A stretch of DNA of 64,000 bases from Candidatus Latescibacterota bacterium (GCA_965261395.1 OZ253462.1:4768001-4832000); one strand, 5' to 3'; numbered from the stretch's first letter, positions 9,076 through 19,049 are shown. Notes: generated from the letters alone by a model not told the origin. A program made the numbers and translations.

Positions 9076-10334
9076 GCCGCGGCCTGCGGCAATACCGAAT
9101 CTCCATAGGGCAGCGTCCAGATCCGGGCCTCGGGGCCGACCACCTCATACGCGGCCGCCACAGCTTGGCCTAGGTCGTCAAAGGGCACTAAGCCGATGCG
9201 GCCGATGGCCTCAGCCGACAACGACGAGACCAAATGCACGCGGGCCTTTTTCAGTACCGCGGCAATGGCTGCGGCCTTGTGCCCACCCAAGACGAATTCC
9301 CGCTCAATGCGCGCGAGAATCCCGTCGGCCGAATCTGCCTCCTGCAACCAAGAGGCAAAGGTAGCGCTGCCTAGCCCCTCTCGACATTCGGCCACCCAAA
9401 CGATGACGCCTCCCTCACGCACGGCATGCACGGCGTTGTCGAGGGCCTTTTGCGCCTGGTACATATTGACATCTAGTGGATAGCCGCCCGCGCTGACGAG
9501 GACGATATCAGCGCATCGCGCAATGGGCACGGCCCCGCGCTCGGCCACCCGCTCGCACCCTTTGCAGTGGGCCTCTCGCGCGTGCCCGGCAAAGGCAGCG
9601 ACAATACGGTGGCGATCGTCGACGATCACATTGAGGATGAAGTCGATCCCCAGCATGGCCGCCCCTTCTTCTAAATCTTCCCGCACCGGGTTGCCCTCAA
9701 GTCGCCCGGTCTCCGCGCCAGGCCGGGCCATCAGGCCGTGGTTGGCCGCTATGGCGCTGGGAGAGGCACAGCCGGGCAAGACCGCCTTGGCCCCGCCCGA
9801 AAAGCCGGCGAAGTAGTGGAATTCCAAGTTGCCCAAACAGATCCGCACATCAGCCTCCACCAGGGGACGGAAGAGCTCCACGGGCGTACCGCGGGAAGTG
9901 ACGCCTAGCCGCACCACGTCTTGTGGATCGTGGTTCACCACCCGCACCCGAGCATAGACCTCCGACCCGACCAAGGCGGCCAGTTCGGCTGCGGTCTGCG
10001 CTCGGTGCAGCCCCAAGGCCACGACCACGGTCACGTCAGCGTCTGGCACGCCGGCCGCGGCGAGTTCCTCCAGCACCGGCGGCAACAGGCGACCCGTCGG
10101 GCAGGGCCGGGTCATATCACTTACGACAATCGAGACCTGCTGGCCGGGCCGCACCAGCGTGCGCAATGCCGACGTGCCCACGGGCCGGGCCAGCGCATCC
10201 TGCACCAATGCGTGCTCCGCGCCGTCGTTGCATTGTTCCGCTCTCGGCAGAACGATGCCTAGCAGGTGCTCACTAGGCACCGCGACTTGCAGGTGGGAGT
10301 CGCCAAAGGGCAACTCGATTTGAGTCACAGCCAT
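9072..10334 (-). CDS. larA: Nickel-pincer lactate racemase family protein
   Basis: SDMTRP, ALGLHR, HYFAGFSGGAKAVLPG, ANH, GGYPLDVNMYQAQKAL motifs. Confidence 0.9.
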   Translation of the reverse strand: MAVTQIELPFGDSHLQVAVPSEHLLGIVLPRAEQCNDGAEHALVQDALARPVGTSALRTLVRPGQQVSIVVSDMTRPCPTGRLLPPVLEELAAAGVPDADVTVVVALGLHRAQTAAELAALVGSEVYARVRVVNHDPQDVVRLGVTSRGTPVELFRPLVEADVRICLGNLEFHYFAGFSGGAKAVLPGCASPSAIAANHGLMARPGAETGRLEGNPVREDLEEGAAMLGIDFILNVIVDDRHRIVAAFAGHAREAHCKGCERVAERGAVPIARCADIVLVSAGGYPLDVNMYQAQKALDNAVHAVREGGVIVWVAECREGLGSATFASWLQEADSADGILARIEREFVLGGHKAAAIAAVLKKARVHLVSSLSAEAIGRIGLVPFDDLGQAVAAAYEVVGPEARIWTLPYGDSVLPQAAA

Positions 10335-10347
10335 AGCTCCTCCTCAA

Positions 10348-10569
10348 TTAGTCGAGGGCGCAGGCACCAGCACCGCGTGGATCGCCGCAGGTTCCACACG
10401 GCCCTATTGGCTCGCGCTCGCTGGCGGCGCGGCCGGCAACGGCAAAACTCGACAGCTTCTTCTCCAACCGCACGCTCTCACAAGACGGGCAAGCGGGCCT
10501 AGCCGCCCCTTGTATGAGCACGTCGAACTCCGCGCCGCACTCCTTGCAGGCGTATTCAAAAATCGGCAT
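10348..10569 (-). CDS. FmdB-family zinc-ribbon protein
   Basis: MPIFEYACKECG...ACPSC, C-terminal PCGTCGD. Confidence 0.85.
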   Translation of the reverse strand: MPIFEYACKECGAEFDVLIQGAARPACPSCESVRLEKKLSSFAVAGRAASEREPIGPCGTCGDPRGAGACALD

Positions 10570-10572
10570 GGC

Positions 10573-11097
10573 TCAGGCTCCGTGTAGGGCCGGCTGATAC
10601 AGGCCCACGCTGTAGAATTCATAAGAAGCAGCTTTGTCCGGGAAATCAACTACGTGCACCGTGAAGCGGGCTGGCACCCCGGTGTCGGGCATACAGTCGC
10701 GGAAAAAGCGGCTATAGGCTTGGGCGTATTCCTGATAAATGCGCTGTTGTTCCTCGTGAAAGCGCTGCGGATCAGTCAGCGGATTGACGTCCTTGGGCTG
10801 AGCGCCGAAAGCGTGTACCTCGATAAAATCTATCTGGGCAATCGAGTCGCAAATCTCGGCTTCCTGCAGCCACTTCTCCCAACAGCGGAAGACCAGCTCA
10901 ACCTCGACGGCAGGCGTCATCCTCACCAACTCGTCGCGGCCGAGGATCCCATGCGCCGAATGCCCGCCGGTCAAGCCGGCGAAATAGATCTTCAAGTCGC
11001 CATTGCCCAGCGCCTCGATCACCAAGGCCGATAAGGTGGGGTGGCCCCCGTTGTAGTAATAGGTCACTCGGCCGCGTTGCTTGACGTTAAATGCCAT
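10573..11097 (-). CDS. Hypothetical protein, possible divergent Rid/YjgF family
   Basis: Operonic; IYFAGLTG and AYSRFF...PARFTVHVVDFP...YEF resemble Rid motifs. Confidence 0.45.
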   Translation of the reverse strand: MAFNVKQRGRVTYYYNGGHPTLSALVIEALGNGDLKIYFAGLTGGHSAHGILGRDELVRMTPAVEVELVFRCWEKWLQEAEICDSIAQIDFIEVHAFGAQPKDVNPLTDPQRFHEEQQRIYQEYAQAYSRFFRDCMPDTGVPARFTVHVVDFPDKAASYEFYSVGLYQPALHGA

Positions 11098-11116
11098 AAA
11101 AGCCCTTTCGCTTGGG

Positions 11117-13972
11117 TTAGAGTGCTTCGACAAAAATCTCGGCCCAATGCCGCGCCCGACGCCCGGTAAAATCGGCAATCTGATGGCGGCACGAGGTGCC
11201 TACGGCCGCGATCTCCACGTCCTCCGCTGCCGCCTCTAGCACGGCAAAAAGCCGCTCCTGCCCCACCGCGCGCGATATTTCAAAGTGCTCTTTCTCATAG
11301 CCGAAACTGCCGGCCATCCCACAACAGCCCGACGGGATTTCCTCGGCGCGAAAGTAGGGTGGCATGTTGAGCACGGCCAATGTCGCGGCCGTGCCCGTCA
11401 GGGCCTTTTGATGGCAGTGGCCATGCACCAAAATATGGCGGATGGTCCCGGTAAACTCCAAATCGAGCGGGGATTCGCGGACGAGAAAGTCCTCGAGCAG
11501 GACCACCTGCTCGGCCACGAGTCGGCTTTGCGGATCGTCAACTAAGTCTAGGTAATCGTCGCTGAGAGCCGACGCGCAACTCGGCTCCAGCCCGATGATC
11601 GGCACCCCTTCCTCGGCCCAAGGCGCGAGTACCTCCACATTGTGCTGCGCCAAGGCGCGAGCGCGGTCGAGAAAGCCTTTGGATATGAACGGCCGGCCGC
11701 AACAGACCTTGTTGGCGACCAAGACGACCTCGTACCCGGCGCGCTCCAAGATAATCGTCGCCGCCATGCCAATAGCCGGCTCATTGTATTCGACGAAGGT
11801 GTCGTTGAACAGCACGACGCGCCCTTTGGTGCCTCGGGCCGGACGCCGCCCGGCAAACCAGCGCGAAAACGGCTGGCGGGCAAAGGCCGGCAGTCGCCGC
11901 CGCCGGTCAATGCCCAAAAACGCATCCAACAGCCAGCGATTGAACCGACTGCGACCGATCCAATTCGACAGCGGTGCCAACGCCGATCCCAAGCGGCTAA
12001 TGCGGGCTATGTTGGCAAAGAGCCGCGACCGCAGCGGATAGCCGTGTTCGCGATGGTAGTGGGCGAGAAATTCGTACTTGAGCTTGGCCATATCCACGCT
12101 CGACGGACACTCGGTCTTGCAGGCTTTGCACTCCAAGCAGAGATCCATCACGCGGTGGACTTCATGGCTGTGCAGGCCGTCGGGCAACGTGCCAGCGAGC
12201 GCGGCGCGCAAGGCATTGGCGCGTCCGCGAGTGGTGTGTTCCTCATCCAAAGTCGCCATGTATGAAGGGCACATCGTGCCCACCAGCTTTTTGCGACAGT
12301 GTCCCACCCCAGAGCACATTTCAACGGCTTCCTGAAAGCCACCCGCCTCGCTAAAGCTGAAAAACGTCTCCACTTGGGGCGTCTGATAATCCTCGTGGTA
12401 GCGCAGGTTCTCGTCCATCCGCGGGGGGCGGGTGATCTTGCCGGGGTTCATAATCCCCTGTGGATCAAAGGCGTCCTTAACCTCGACAAAAGCCGCGACC
12501 AGCTCCGGGCTAAACATCTTGGCGATCCACTCGCTGCGAGCCAAGCCATCGCCGTGCTCGCCCGACATGGCTCCGCCGTATTCGCGCACCATATCGCTCA
12601 TCCGCTCCTCGATCTGGCGCAGGAGCTTTATGCCCTCGGGATCTTTGAGATTGAAGATCGGCCTGATGTGCAACAGGCCGACGCTCGCGTGCCCATAGAA
12701 TTCGGCCTCAATCCCCAATTCCGCCATCAGCGCGACCACCCGGCGGACGTACTCGGGCAGCTTGGCCACCGGGACGCAGGTATCCTCCACCCCAGGTTGG
12801 GGCTTGGGGTCGCCCTTCATGCCCATCAAAAGTCCCAATCCGGCCTTGCGTATCCCCCAAATCGCCTGCTGGTCTGCCGGATCGACAGACTGCACCCAAG
12901 CGTAGCCCATCCCGCGCTCCCGCAATCGCTCTTCCAATCCGTCCAGCTTGCGGCCCAGCTCGGTGGCCGAATCCGCGTAGTACTCGACGACGAGCAGGGC
13001 GGCTGGGTCGCCCTGCAAAAAGCGGCGACCCGGGGCGTGTTCGCTGGAGTCCTTGGTCTGGTCGAGCAGGATGTCGTCCATCAGCTCGCTGGCGACGGGC
13101 GAGGTCTCCAACGCGGCCAAATTGGCCTCCGTGGCCTCGACTAAGTCGTGGAAGTGAACGGCCACCAAGCCCTTATGAGCGGGTAGCTCCACCAAGTTCA
13201 ACCGCGCTTCGACCACCGCGCAGAGTGTGCCTTCCGAGCCGACGACTAGCTTGCTCAGATCAAAGGGAGCGCCGTCGATGAACTCGTCGAGATTGTAGCC
13301 CGAGACGCGGCGCATCACCTGTGGGAAGCCCGCGCGGATCTGCGCTTCGCGCTCGCGGACGATGCGGCGCACTTCGCGGTAGATGCGACCTTCGAGGCTG
13401 TCCAAGCCCGCGCGGCGGTCGCACTCTTCGTCGTCTAGCGACCCGAATACCGCTTGCGAGCCGTCGGCCAGCACCACCTTTAGCTCCTGCACATGGTCGA
13501 TGGTCTTGCCGTATATAATGGAGTGCGCACCGCAGGAATTGTTGCCGATCATTCCGCCGATATTGGCCCGGCTACTCGTGGAGACATCGGGCGCGAAAAT
13601 CAGGCCATAGGGCTGCAAGTAGGCATTGAGCTCATCGAGCACTAAGCCCGGCTGGACCCGGACCCAGCGCTCGTCCGGATCGAACTCCAAGATCCGGTTC
13701 ATGTATTTGGAAAAGTCGAGATGGACCGCGGCCCCCACCGACTGGCCCGCCAAACTCGTACCGCCACCCCGTGGCAAGACCGCCGCCCCGTGCTCAGCGG
13801 CAATTTTTACCGTGGCGACTACATCGGCCTCGTCTTTAGGCACGACCAGCCCCAAGGGCTCCATCTCGTAGATGCTGGCGTCGGTGCGGTAGAGCATGCG
13901 CGAAACAGCGTCAAAGCGCACTTCGCCTTGGATGGCCTGCTGCAAGGCCATCTCCAATATATTTCTATCCAT
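11117..13972 (-). CDS. FAD-linked oxidase / Fe-S (GlcD+GlcF fusion, YdiJ-like) 2-hydroxy-acid dehydrogenase
   Basis: RGGGTSLAGQ, GSEGTL, GEHGDG, CxxCxxC clusters, CCGMAGSFGY; start taken as MDRNILE. Confidence 0.9.
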   Translation of the reverse strand: MDRNILEMALQQAIQGEVRFDAVSRMLYRTDASIYEMEPLGLVVPKDEADVVATVKIAAEHGAAVLPRGGGTSLAGQSVGAAVHLDFSKYMNRILEFDPDERWVRVQPGLVLDELNAYLQPYGLIFAPDVSTSSRANIGGMIGNNSCGAHSIIYGKTIDHVQELKVVLADGSQAVFGSLDDEECDRRAGLDSLEGRIYREVRRIVREREAQIRAGFPQVMRRVSGYNLDEFIDGAPFDLSKLVVGSEGTLCAVVEARLNLVELPAHKGLVAVHFHDLVEATEANLAALETSPVASELMDDILLDQTKDSSEHAPGRRFLQGDPAALLVVEYYADSATELGRKLDGLEERLRERGMGYAWVQSVDPADQQAIWGIRKAGLGLLMGMKGDPKPQPGVEDTCVPVAKLPEYVRRVVALMAELGIEAEFYGHASVGLLHIRPIFNLKDPEGIKLLRQIEERMSDMVREYGGAMSGEHGDGLARSEWIAKMFSPELVAAFVEVKDAFDPQGIMNPGKITRPPRMDENLRYHEDYQTPQVETFFSFSEAGGFQEAVEMCSGVGHCRKKLVGTMCPSYMATLDEEHTTRGRANALRAALAGTLPDGLHSHEVHRVMDLCLECKACKTECPSSVDMAKLKYEFLAHYHREHGYPLRSRLFANIARISRLGSALAPLSNWIGRSRFNRWLLDAFLGIDRRRRLPAFARQPFSRWFAGRRPARGTKGRVVLFNDTFVEYNEPAIGMAATIILERAGYEVVLVANKVCCGRPFISKGFLDRARALAQHNVEVLAPWAEEGVPIIGLEPSCASALSDDYLDLVDDPQSRLVAEQVVLLEDFLVRESPLDLEFTGTIRHILVHGHCHQKALTGTAATLAVLNMPPYFRAEEIPSGCCGMAGSFGYEKEHFEISRAVGQERLFAVLEAAAEDVEIAAVGTSCRHQIADFTGRRARHWAEIFVEAL

Positions 13973-14142
13973 TTTTAAGGCATTGATCGGTTGTGCGCTA
14001 CTCCTTCGCCCTGCAGAGGGCTGGTGCGCACTTTGGTCTTGTTGGTAGGGACACCTCAATAACTAAGACCGCACTCCACGGGCCGTCAAATTCCCGCACT
14101 GGCCGCGTTCCTCATTTTTATGAAAAAATATCCAATATGTAG

Positions 14143-14171
14143 TTGACAAACATTTTCGACCCCAATAGATT
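14143..14171 (+). promoter_or_regulatory. Sigma70-type promoter upstream of zapA
   Basis: TTGACA-17 bp-TAGATT. Confidence 0.7.
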
Positions 14172-14204
14172 GGTTACTTGCCACGTGGTTAGCGCGCAAA
14201 AGAG

Positions 14205-14250
14205 GGGGCTTCCGGGACAAGGGGAGATCGCGGAAGTCCCCACTTTTTTA
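14205..14250 (+). terminator. Terminator-like hairpin in the zapA leader
   Basis: GGGGGCTTCCG...CGGAAGTCCCC followed by ACTTTTTT. Confidence 0.5.
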
Positions 14251-14264
14251 TCTCCCAAAATCTC

Positions 14265-14594
14265 ATGTCGCAAGCACAGCCTGTCGCTGTCCGCATCTAC
14301 AATCAGACCTATCGTCTCGTCAACAGCGATGGCCAAGACCCCGAGTACATTCGGCTCGCTGCGGCCTATCTCGACGAGAAGATGCAGCAGACCGCCGCTA
14401 AGGTCGGGAACCGGTCACCGCTCGATATTGCCATCTTGGCCGCGCTCGACATCGCCGAAGAAGTGATCCGCGCCCGCCAGCACAAAGACGCGCTAATCAA
14501 CAGAGCCGATGCCCGCATCGACTCCTTCACCCAGTTGCTGTCCGACGATCCCCCCGCCACAGACAGCCCCTCCACCGATACCAAGCGGTTCTGA
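14265..14594 (+). CDS. zapA: Cell division protein ZapA
   Basis: VAVRIYNQTY...AAYLDEKM...IAILAALDIAEE. Confidence 0.88.
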   Translation: MSQAQPVAVRIYNQTYRLVNSDGQDPEYIRLAAAYLDEKMQQTAAKVGNRSPLDIAILAALDIAEEVIRARQHKDALINRADARIDSFTQLLSDDPPATDSPSTDTKRF

Positions 14595-14601
14595 CTCTTT
14601 C

Positions 14602-16341
14602 TTATATATAGTACTGAATTTCCCGATCCACAGACTCTTGGGAGTGAGGTACATTGAGCGGACACCGCTCTTTGTAATCGGGATGGAGCCGCGCCCATAA
14701 GAACTCGAGCGCGTGTTGATTCCAGCGAAAAAAGTGATCGCGGCCAATCTGCTCCATCAGCCCTGACCGCTCCAGCGCGTCGGTAAGCTGCCGTTTGGCC
14801 CGCGTGAAGTACAGGTCCAGCCCAACTTCGCGCAGGCGTTCAACCACGTCGCGCAACGCTTGTTCGCCAGAAGCGTCAATCCGGTTGATCCCGTCTGCAT
14901 CGAGAATCAAGTACCTTAGCTCGGGTGCCGAAGCGATCGTTTCGAGCACCTTATCCTCAAAATAACGGCCAGAACCAAAGTACAATTGGCCGTCAAAGCG
15001 CATAATCGCGATCTGCTGATCCGGCCTCAGGCCCGCGTCGCTCTCGCGCATCGTGCCGTCGAGGTGCCGGGCGAGAAAAACCACTCGGGGCCGCATGGTG
15101 CGGTAGAAGTTGAGCACTAGCGAGGCCCCCACCCCGAGGGCAACCCCCAAGTGCAGGTCCGGTGCCAAAACCAGCGTACCGACAAAAGTCGCGACCCCAA
15201 TCAACCCGTCGTGGACCTTAATGCGCCAAGCTGTCACTAGAGGCTGGATGCGCACCAAGCCGACCACAGCGGCGATGATAACAACGGCGAGAGTCGCCTG
15301 TGGCAGATAGTACAACAGCGGCGTAAGCCAAAGCAGCGTCGCGGCGATGACCAGCGACGCCACGACCGACGCAAAACCCGTCCGTGCTCCGCTTTGGTAG
15401 TTGACGGCCGACCGCGAAAACGAGCCCGAAGTTGCATAGCTTTGGAAGAGCCCGCCGATCACGTTGGCCATACCCTGGCCGATGAGTTCCTGATTGATGT
15501 CGAGATGCTGCCGCGTCCGAGCAGCGAGGGTTTTGGCAATGGCCATGGCCTCCATCAGGCCGAGCATGGTCAAGGTCAAGGCCCCCACGAAGAGCTGGGA
15601 CAGGATCTCCACGTCTAAGTCCGGCATCAAAGGCCGCGGCAAACCGCGCGGTACCTCGCCGACCACTTCTCCGCTGAACCCGACCAGCCAAGAAACGAGC
15701 GTGGTGACCGCCAGCGTCGTCAACATGCTCGGCAGATCCCAGCGCACGCGGCGCAAAACCACCAGCAGCCCCCCGGCCAACGCCGCCATCCCCAGCGTCG
15801 GCCAATGGACCTCTAACAGCGCCACGTCGATGACGCGGAGGGCTGCCAGCAAATGCCCCCCCTGTTGGGGCTCTACACCGAACACCTTGTGCAATTGGGA
15901 GATGGCGATGATAAAGGCCGCGGCATTGGTAAAGCCGACGACCACCGGGCTGGACAGCAGGTCGATTAACAAGCCCAATCGCAACGCGCCCAAGGCGATC
16001 CGTATCAGGCCGACGAGCAAGCCCAAGACCAGCGAGTAGGCGATATATAGCCCACCGTTCTCAGGGGCGAGCCCTTGCACGGTCGTCGCGCTGATGAGCG
16101 AAGCTATGGCCACCGGACCGGTGGACAAATGCCGGGAAGAGCCAAAGAGTGCGGCTACAGCCGGCGGCAGAAAGGCCGCGTACAGCCCATAGACCGGCGG
16201 CAGCCCCGCCAACTCGGCGTAGGCCATGGCCTGGGGCACGAGGATCGTCGCCACGGTGAGGCCCGCGACCAAATCGGCGCGCAAGACGCCCGGCTGGCCG
16301 AGTTCGGGCAGCCAACGGATAAATGGAAAAAATCGCTTCAT
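14602..16341 (-). CDS. SulP/SLC26 anion transporter with STAS domain
   Basis: DLVAGLTVA...PQAMAYA, FGSSRHLSTGP, SFSRSAVN, C-terminal STAS. Confidence 0.93.
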   Translation of the reverse strand: MKRFFPFIRWLPELGQPGVLRADLVAGLTVATILVPQAMAYAELAGLPPVYGLYAAFLPPAVAALFGSSRHLSTGPVAIASLISATTVQGLAPENGGLYIAYSLVLGLLVGLIRIALGALRLGLLIDLLSSPVVVGFTNAAAFIIAISQLHKVFGVEPQQGGHLLAALRVIDVALLEVHWPTLGMAALAGGLLVVLRRVRWDLPSMLTTLAVTTLVSWLVGFSGEVVGEVPRGLPRPLMPDLDVEILSQLFVGALTLTMLGLMEAMAIAKTLAARTRQHLDINQELIGQGMANVIGGLFQSYATSGSFSRSAVNYQSGARTGFASVVASLVIAATLLWLTPLLYYLPQATLAVVIIAAVVGLVRIQPLVTAWRIKVHDGLIGVATFVGTLVLAPDLHLGVALGVGASLVLNFYRTMRPRVVFLARHLDGTMRESDAGLRPDQQIAIMRFDGQLYFGSGRYFEDKVLETIASAPELRYLILDADGINRIDASGEQALRDVVERLREVGLDLYFTRAKRQLTDALERSGLMEQIGRDHFFRWNQHALEFLWARLHPDYKERCPLNVPHSQESVDREIQYYI

Positions 16342-16360
16342 GCGTTCGCTTAGAGATTAG

Positions 16361-16390
16361 TTGACACCTAGTCAGCGGCCAGTGTACACT
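16361..16390 (+). promoter_or_regulatory. Putative sigma70 promoter of the PhyH gene
   Basis: TTGACA-18 bp-TACACT. Confidence 0.5.
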
Positions 16391-16424
16391 TAGCGAGTAA
16401 TCACCTCGACAGCGGGAGTGCCGC

Positions 16425-17225
16425 ATGGACCCACACAAGCAGCGAGCCTTTTTCGAGCAGCAGGGCTACTTAATCGTCCCCGACCTGCTCAACAGCCGCG
16501 AAATCGCCGAATGCCAGCGCGAAATCCAACGCCTGCACCAACTAGCCGCCGCCCTAGAGGACCGCCAAGACCCGCTTAGCAGTCACTTTCAGCGCGAGCC
16601 TTTTTCTAAGGATCAAAACCGCAATGGTCTGCCGGTGCTGCGCAAAATCGAGAACACTCGCGCGCTATCGCCGTGCTTTGCCCAACTCGCGGCTCATCCC
16701 CGCCTCGTCGCCATCGTGCAATCGCTCCTCGGGGACGACCTGCTCCTCTTCCGCAGCACCCTAATGCTCAAGCCCGCCTTCCACGGCTCGGCCCACGCCT
16801 TGCACCAAGACTCGGCTTATTGGCCAATGGAGCCGCCCGCTCTCGCGACCGCGAGCATCGCCCTCGACGACGCCACCCCGGACAACGGCTGTATTAAAGT
16901 CATTCCCGGCAGCCACCACTGGGGCTTACAGGAATGGGGCCACATCGCCCAACAGCAAGGGGCACCGCTGACTAACCGCGAGGACATCGACCGCTCGCAC
17001 CAGATCGACGTGTCGCTCGCGGCCGGGTCCGCCGTGCTGTTCCACAGCTTGATGGTCCACGGTTCCGGCCCCAACCAGACGGACCGCTCGCGCAACACCG
17101 CGCTCTATGCCTATTTCTCACCGCACGTGCGCTACACACCCGGTGCCAACGGCCCGCGGTCGAAGTCCTTCCCGGTCATCGCCGGCCTCGACGGAGCAGC
17201 CGAACACGTGCTAGTCGCCTCCTGA
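16425..17225 (+). CDS. Phytanoyl-CoA dioxygenase (PhyH) family Fe/2OG oxygenase
   Basis: ALHQDSAYW (HxD), NGCIKVIPGSH, MVHGSGPN, distal Arg. Confidence 0.9.
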   Translation: MDPHKQRAFFEQQGYLIVPDLLNSREIAECQREIQRLHQLAAALEDRQDPLSSHFQREPFSKDQNRNGLPVLRKIENTRALSPCFAQLAAHPRLVAIVQSLLGDDLLLFRSTLMLKPAFHGSAHALHQDSAYWPMEPPALATASIALDDATPDNGCIKVIPGSHHWGLQEWGHIAQQQGAPLTNREDIDRSHQIDVSLAAGSAVLFHSLMVHGSGPNQTDRSRNTALYAYFSPHVRYTPGANGPRSKSFPVIAGLDGAAEHVLVAS

Positions 17226-17307
17226 AGAAACCAAGATAAAAAAAGAGTTCTATCCCTAAGTGCCAAAACCCTTGACGCGAGGCGGGCGACGGCAGAAGAG
17301 AAAAAAT

Positions 17308-17347
17308 AAAAAAGGCCGACGCCCGCAGTGCGGACACCGGCCTTTTT
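17308..17347. terminator. Bidirectional terminator between convergent PhyH and infC
   Basis: AAAAAGGCCG...CGGCCTTTTT inverted repeat with A/T tracts on both sides. Confidence 0.7.
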
Positions 17348-17365
17348 GCGCTCCCCGGATCAACC

Positions 17366-17887
17366 TCAGATAGGCCTGAGAATGAGCGACATTTCGCGGC
17401 CCTCCATTTTTGGATCCTGATCAACGACGGCTACATCCTCGAGCTTAGTAGCCAACTCTCGCAGAAGCTGGTGCCCCCGTTCCTGATAGGCCATCTGCCG
17501 CCCTTTGAAGCGGACGCTGACTTTGACCCGGTTCCCCTTTTCGATAAACGTGCGGATGTGGCCCATCCGGTATTCAAGATCGTGCTCAGAGATGTTGGAC
17601 CCGGCGATGCGGATGCCCTTCATCTGCACGTTTTGCTGCTTCTTGCGAGCTTCCTTGGCCTTTTTCTCTTGGTCGTAGCGGAACTTGCCGTAGTCGATAA
17701 TCCGGCAGACCGGCGGGCGCGCTTCGGCGGCCACTTCTACTAGGTCGAGATTGGCTTCCTCCGCCATGGCCAAGGCACGGGCCGTTTCGATGATTCCCAC
17801 CTGCCCTCCATCGGACCCGATGAGCCGAATTTGGGGCACGCGAATATCATCGTTTACTCTGGCAAAACTCTTTTTCTTTGCTGCGAT
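17366..17887 (-). CDS. infC: Translation initiation factor IF-3, non-canonical ATC start
   Basis: RVNDDIRVPQIRLIG, LDLVEVA, PPVCRIIDYGKF; in-frame ATC 8 nt after GGAGG. Confidence 0.95.
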   Translation of the reverse strand: MAAKKKSFARVNDDIRVPQIRLIGSDGGQVGIIETARALAMAEEANLDLVEVAAEARPPVCRIIDYGKFRYDQEKKAKEARKKQQNVQMKGIRIAGSNISEHDLEYRMGHIRTFIEKGNRVKVSVRFKGRQMAYQERGHQLLRELATKLEDVAVVDQDPKMEGREMSLILRPI

Positions 17888-18047
17888 TGCATCAACCTCC
17901 GTAAAGGATGGAAAGTGCGGGCGTTTCCCGCAGAAGTTTTAATATATTCGCAGTGCGAATTAAAACAAGCAAAGATTTGACCCTTCCTTCTTTGGCAGCC
18001 ATGAGCGAATAGGTTATTTTGCCTATTTTCCACCCGAAGGAAAGCCC

Positions 18048-19049
18048 ATGGCCCGCACGTACGATGTCTATGGAGTCGGCCACGCCCTAGTGGACATCCA
18101 ATATCAAGTCGCCCCAGAGTTTCTCGCCGAACATCAGGTCGAAAAGGGGATTATGACCCTCGTTGATGAGGCGCGGCAACGCAATCTCACCGCCGCGGTC
18201 GGCGGCGAGCCGGTCGCCTCGGCTTCGGGCGGCTCGGCGGCCAATACCCTCATCGGCGTCGCCCGCTATGGCGGCCTAACCTATTACGCCTGCCTGACCG
18301 GCCGCGACGCTTGGGGCGACTTTTACCAACGCGATCTCGAAGCAGCCGGTGTGGCCACTCATCCGGCCAACCGAGGCGCGGGCAAGACCGGCCAGTGCTT
18401 GGTTTTTATTACTCCAGACGCCGACCGCACCCTCAACACCTTTTTGGGCATCAGCAGCGCCATCGGCCCGGCCCAGCTCCAAGAGGAGGTCATCGCCGAC
18501 AGCCAATACCTTTATATAGAAGGGTATCTCCTCGGCTCGGACGACGGCTTTGCCGCCGCGTGCCAAGCACAGCAAATGGCCCAGCGGCACAGCACGGCCG
18601 TCGCCCTAACCCTGAGCGATCCCTTTGCCGTCCGGGCCTTTCGGGAGCGCTTTGACGTGCTCCTACAGCGTGGTGTAGATCTGTTCTTCTGCAATGAGGA
18701 AGAGGCCCTCGCCAGTACCGGGGTCAGCGACCGCGAGGCCGCTGGCGCGGCCTTAGCCTCCCAAGTCAGTACGGCCTACGTAACGTGCGGAGCCGACGGT
18801 GCCCTAGTGTACGCCGCCGGGGCCCACTACCAAGTCCCCGGCGTCCCCGTGCAAGCTATCGACACCAATGGTGCCGGCGATCTCTTTGCCGGTGGCGTGC
18901 TCTACGGGCTGTCCCACGGGTACAGCCCCTTAGACGCGGCGCGCCTAGGCTGCTATGCTGCCGCCCAAGTAGTAACCCGCTTCGGGCCGCGCCTAGAACA
19001 ATCGCTCGCCGATCGCATCAATCACATCCTATCCCATTTCTCAACCTAG
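18048..19049 (+). CDS. PfkB-family kinase (adenosine/inosine kinase-like)
   Basis: SGGSAANT, DRTLNTFLG, IDTNGAGDLFAGG. Confidence 0.88.
   Translation: MARTYDVYGVGHALVDIQYQVAPEFLAEHQVEKGIMTLVDEARQRNLTAAVGGEPVASASGGSAANTLIGVARYGGLTYYACLTGRDAWGDFYQRDLEAAGVATHPANRGAGKTGQCLVFITPDADRTLNTFLGISSAIGPAQLQEEVIADSQYLYIEGYLLGSDDGFAAACQAQQMAQRHSTAVALTLSDPFAVRAFRERFDVLLQRGVDLFFCNEEEALASTGVSDREAAGAALASQVSTAYVTCGADGALVYAAGAHYQVPGVPVQAIDTNGAGDLFAGGVLYGLSHGYSPLDAARLGCYAAAQVVTRFGPRLEQSLADRINHILSHFST

Noticed and set aside
14172-14264. 6S RNA next to zapA
   Set aside because: Too short and lacks the long rod with a central bubble; there is also no room downstream of zapA.
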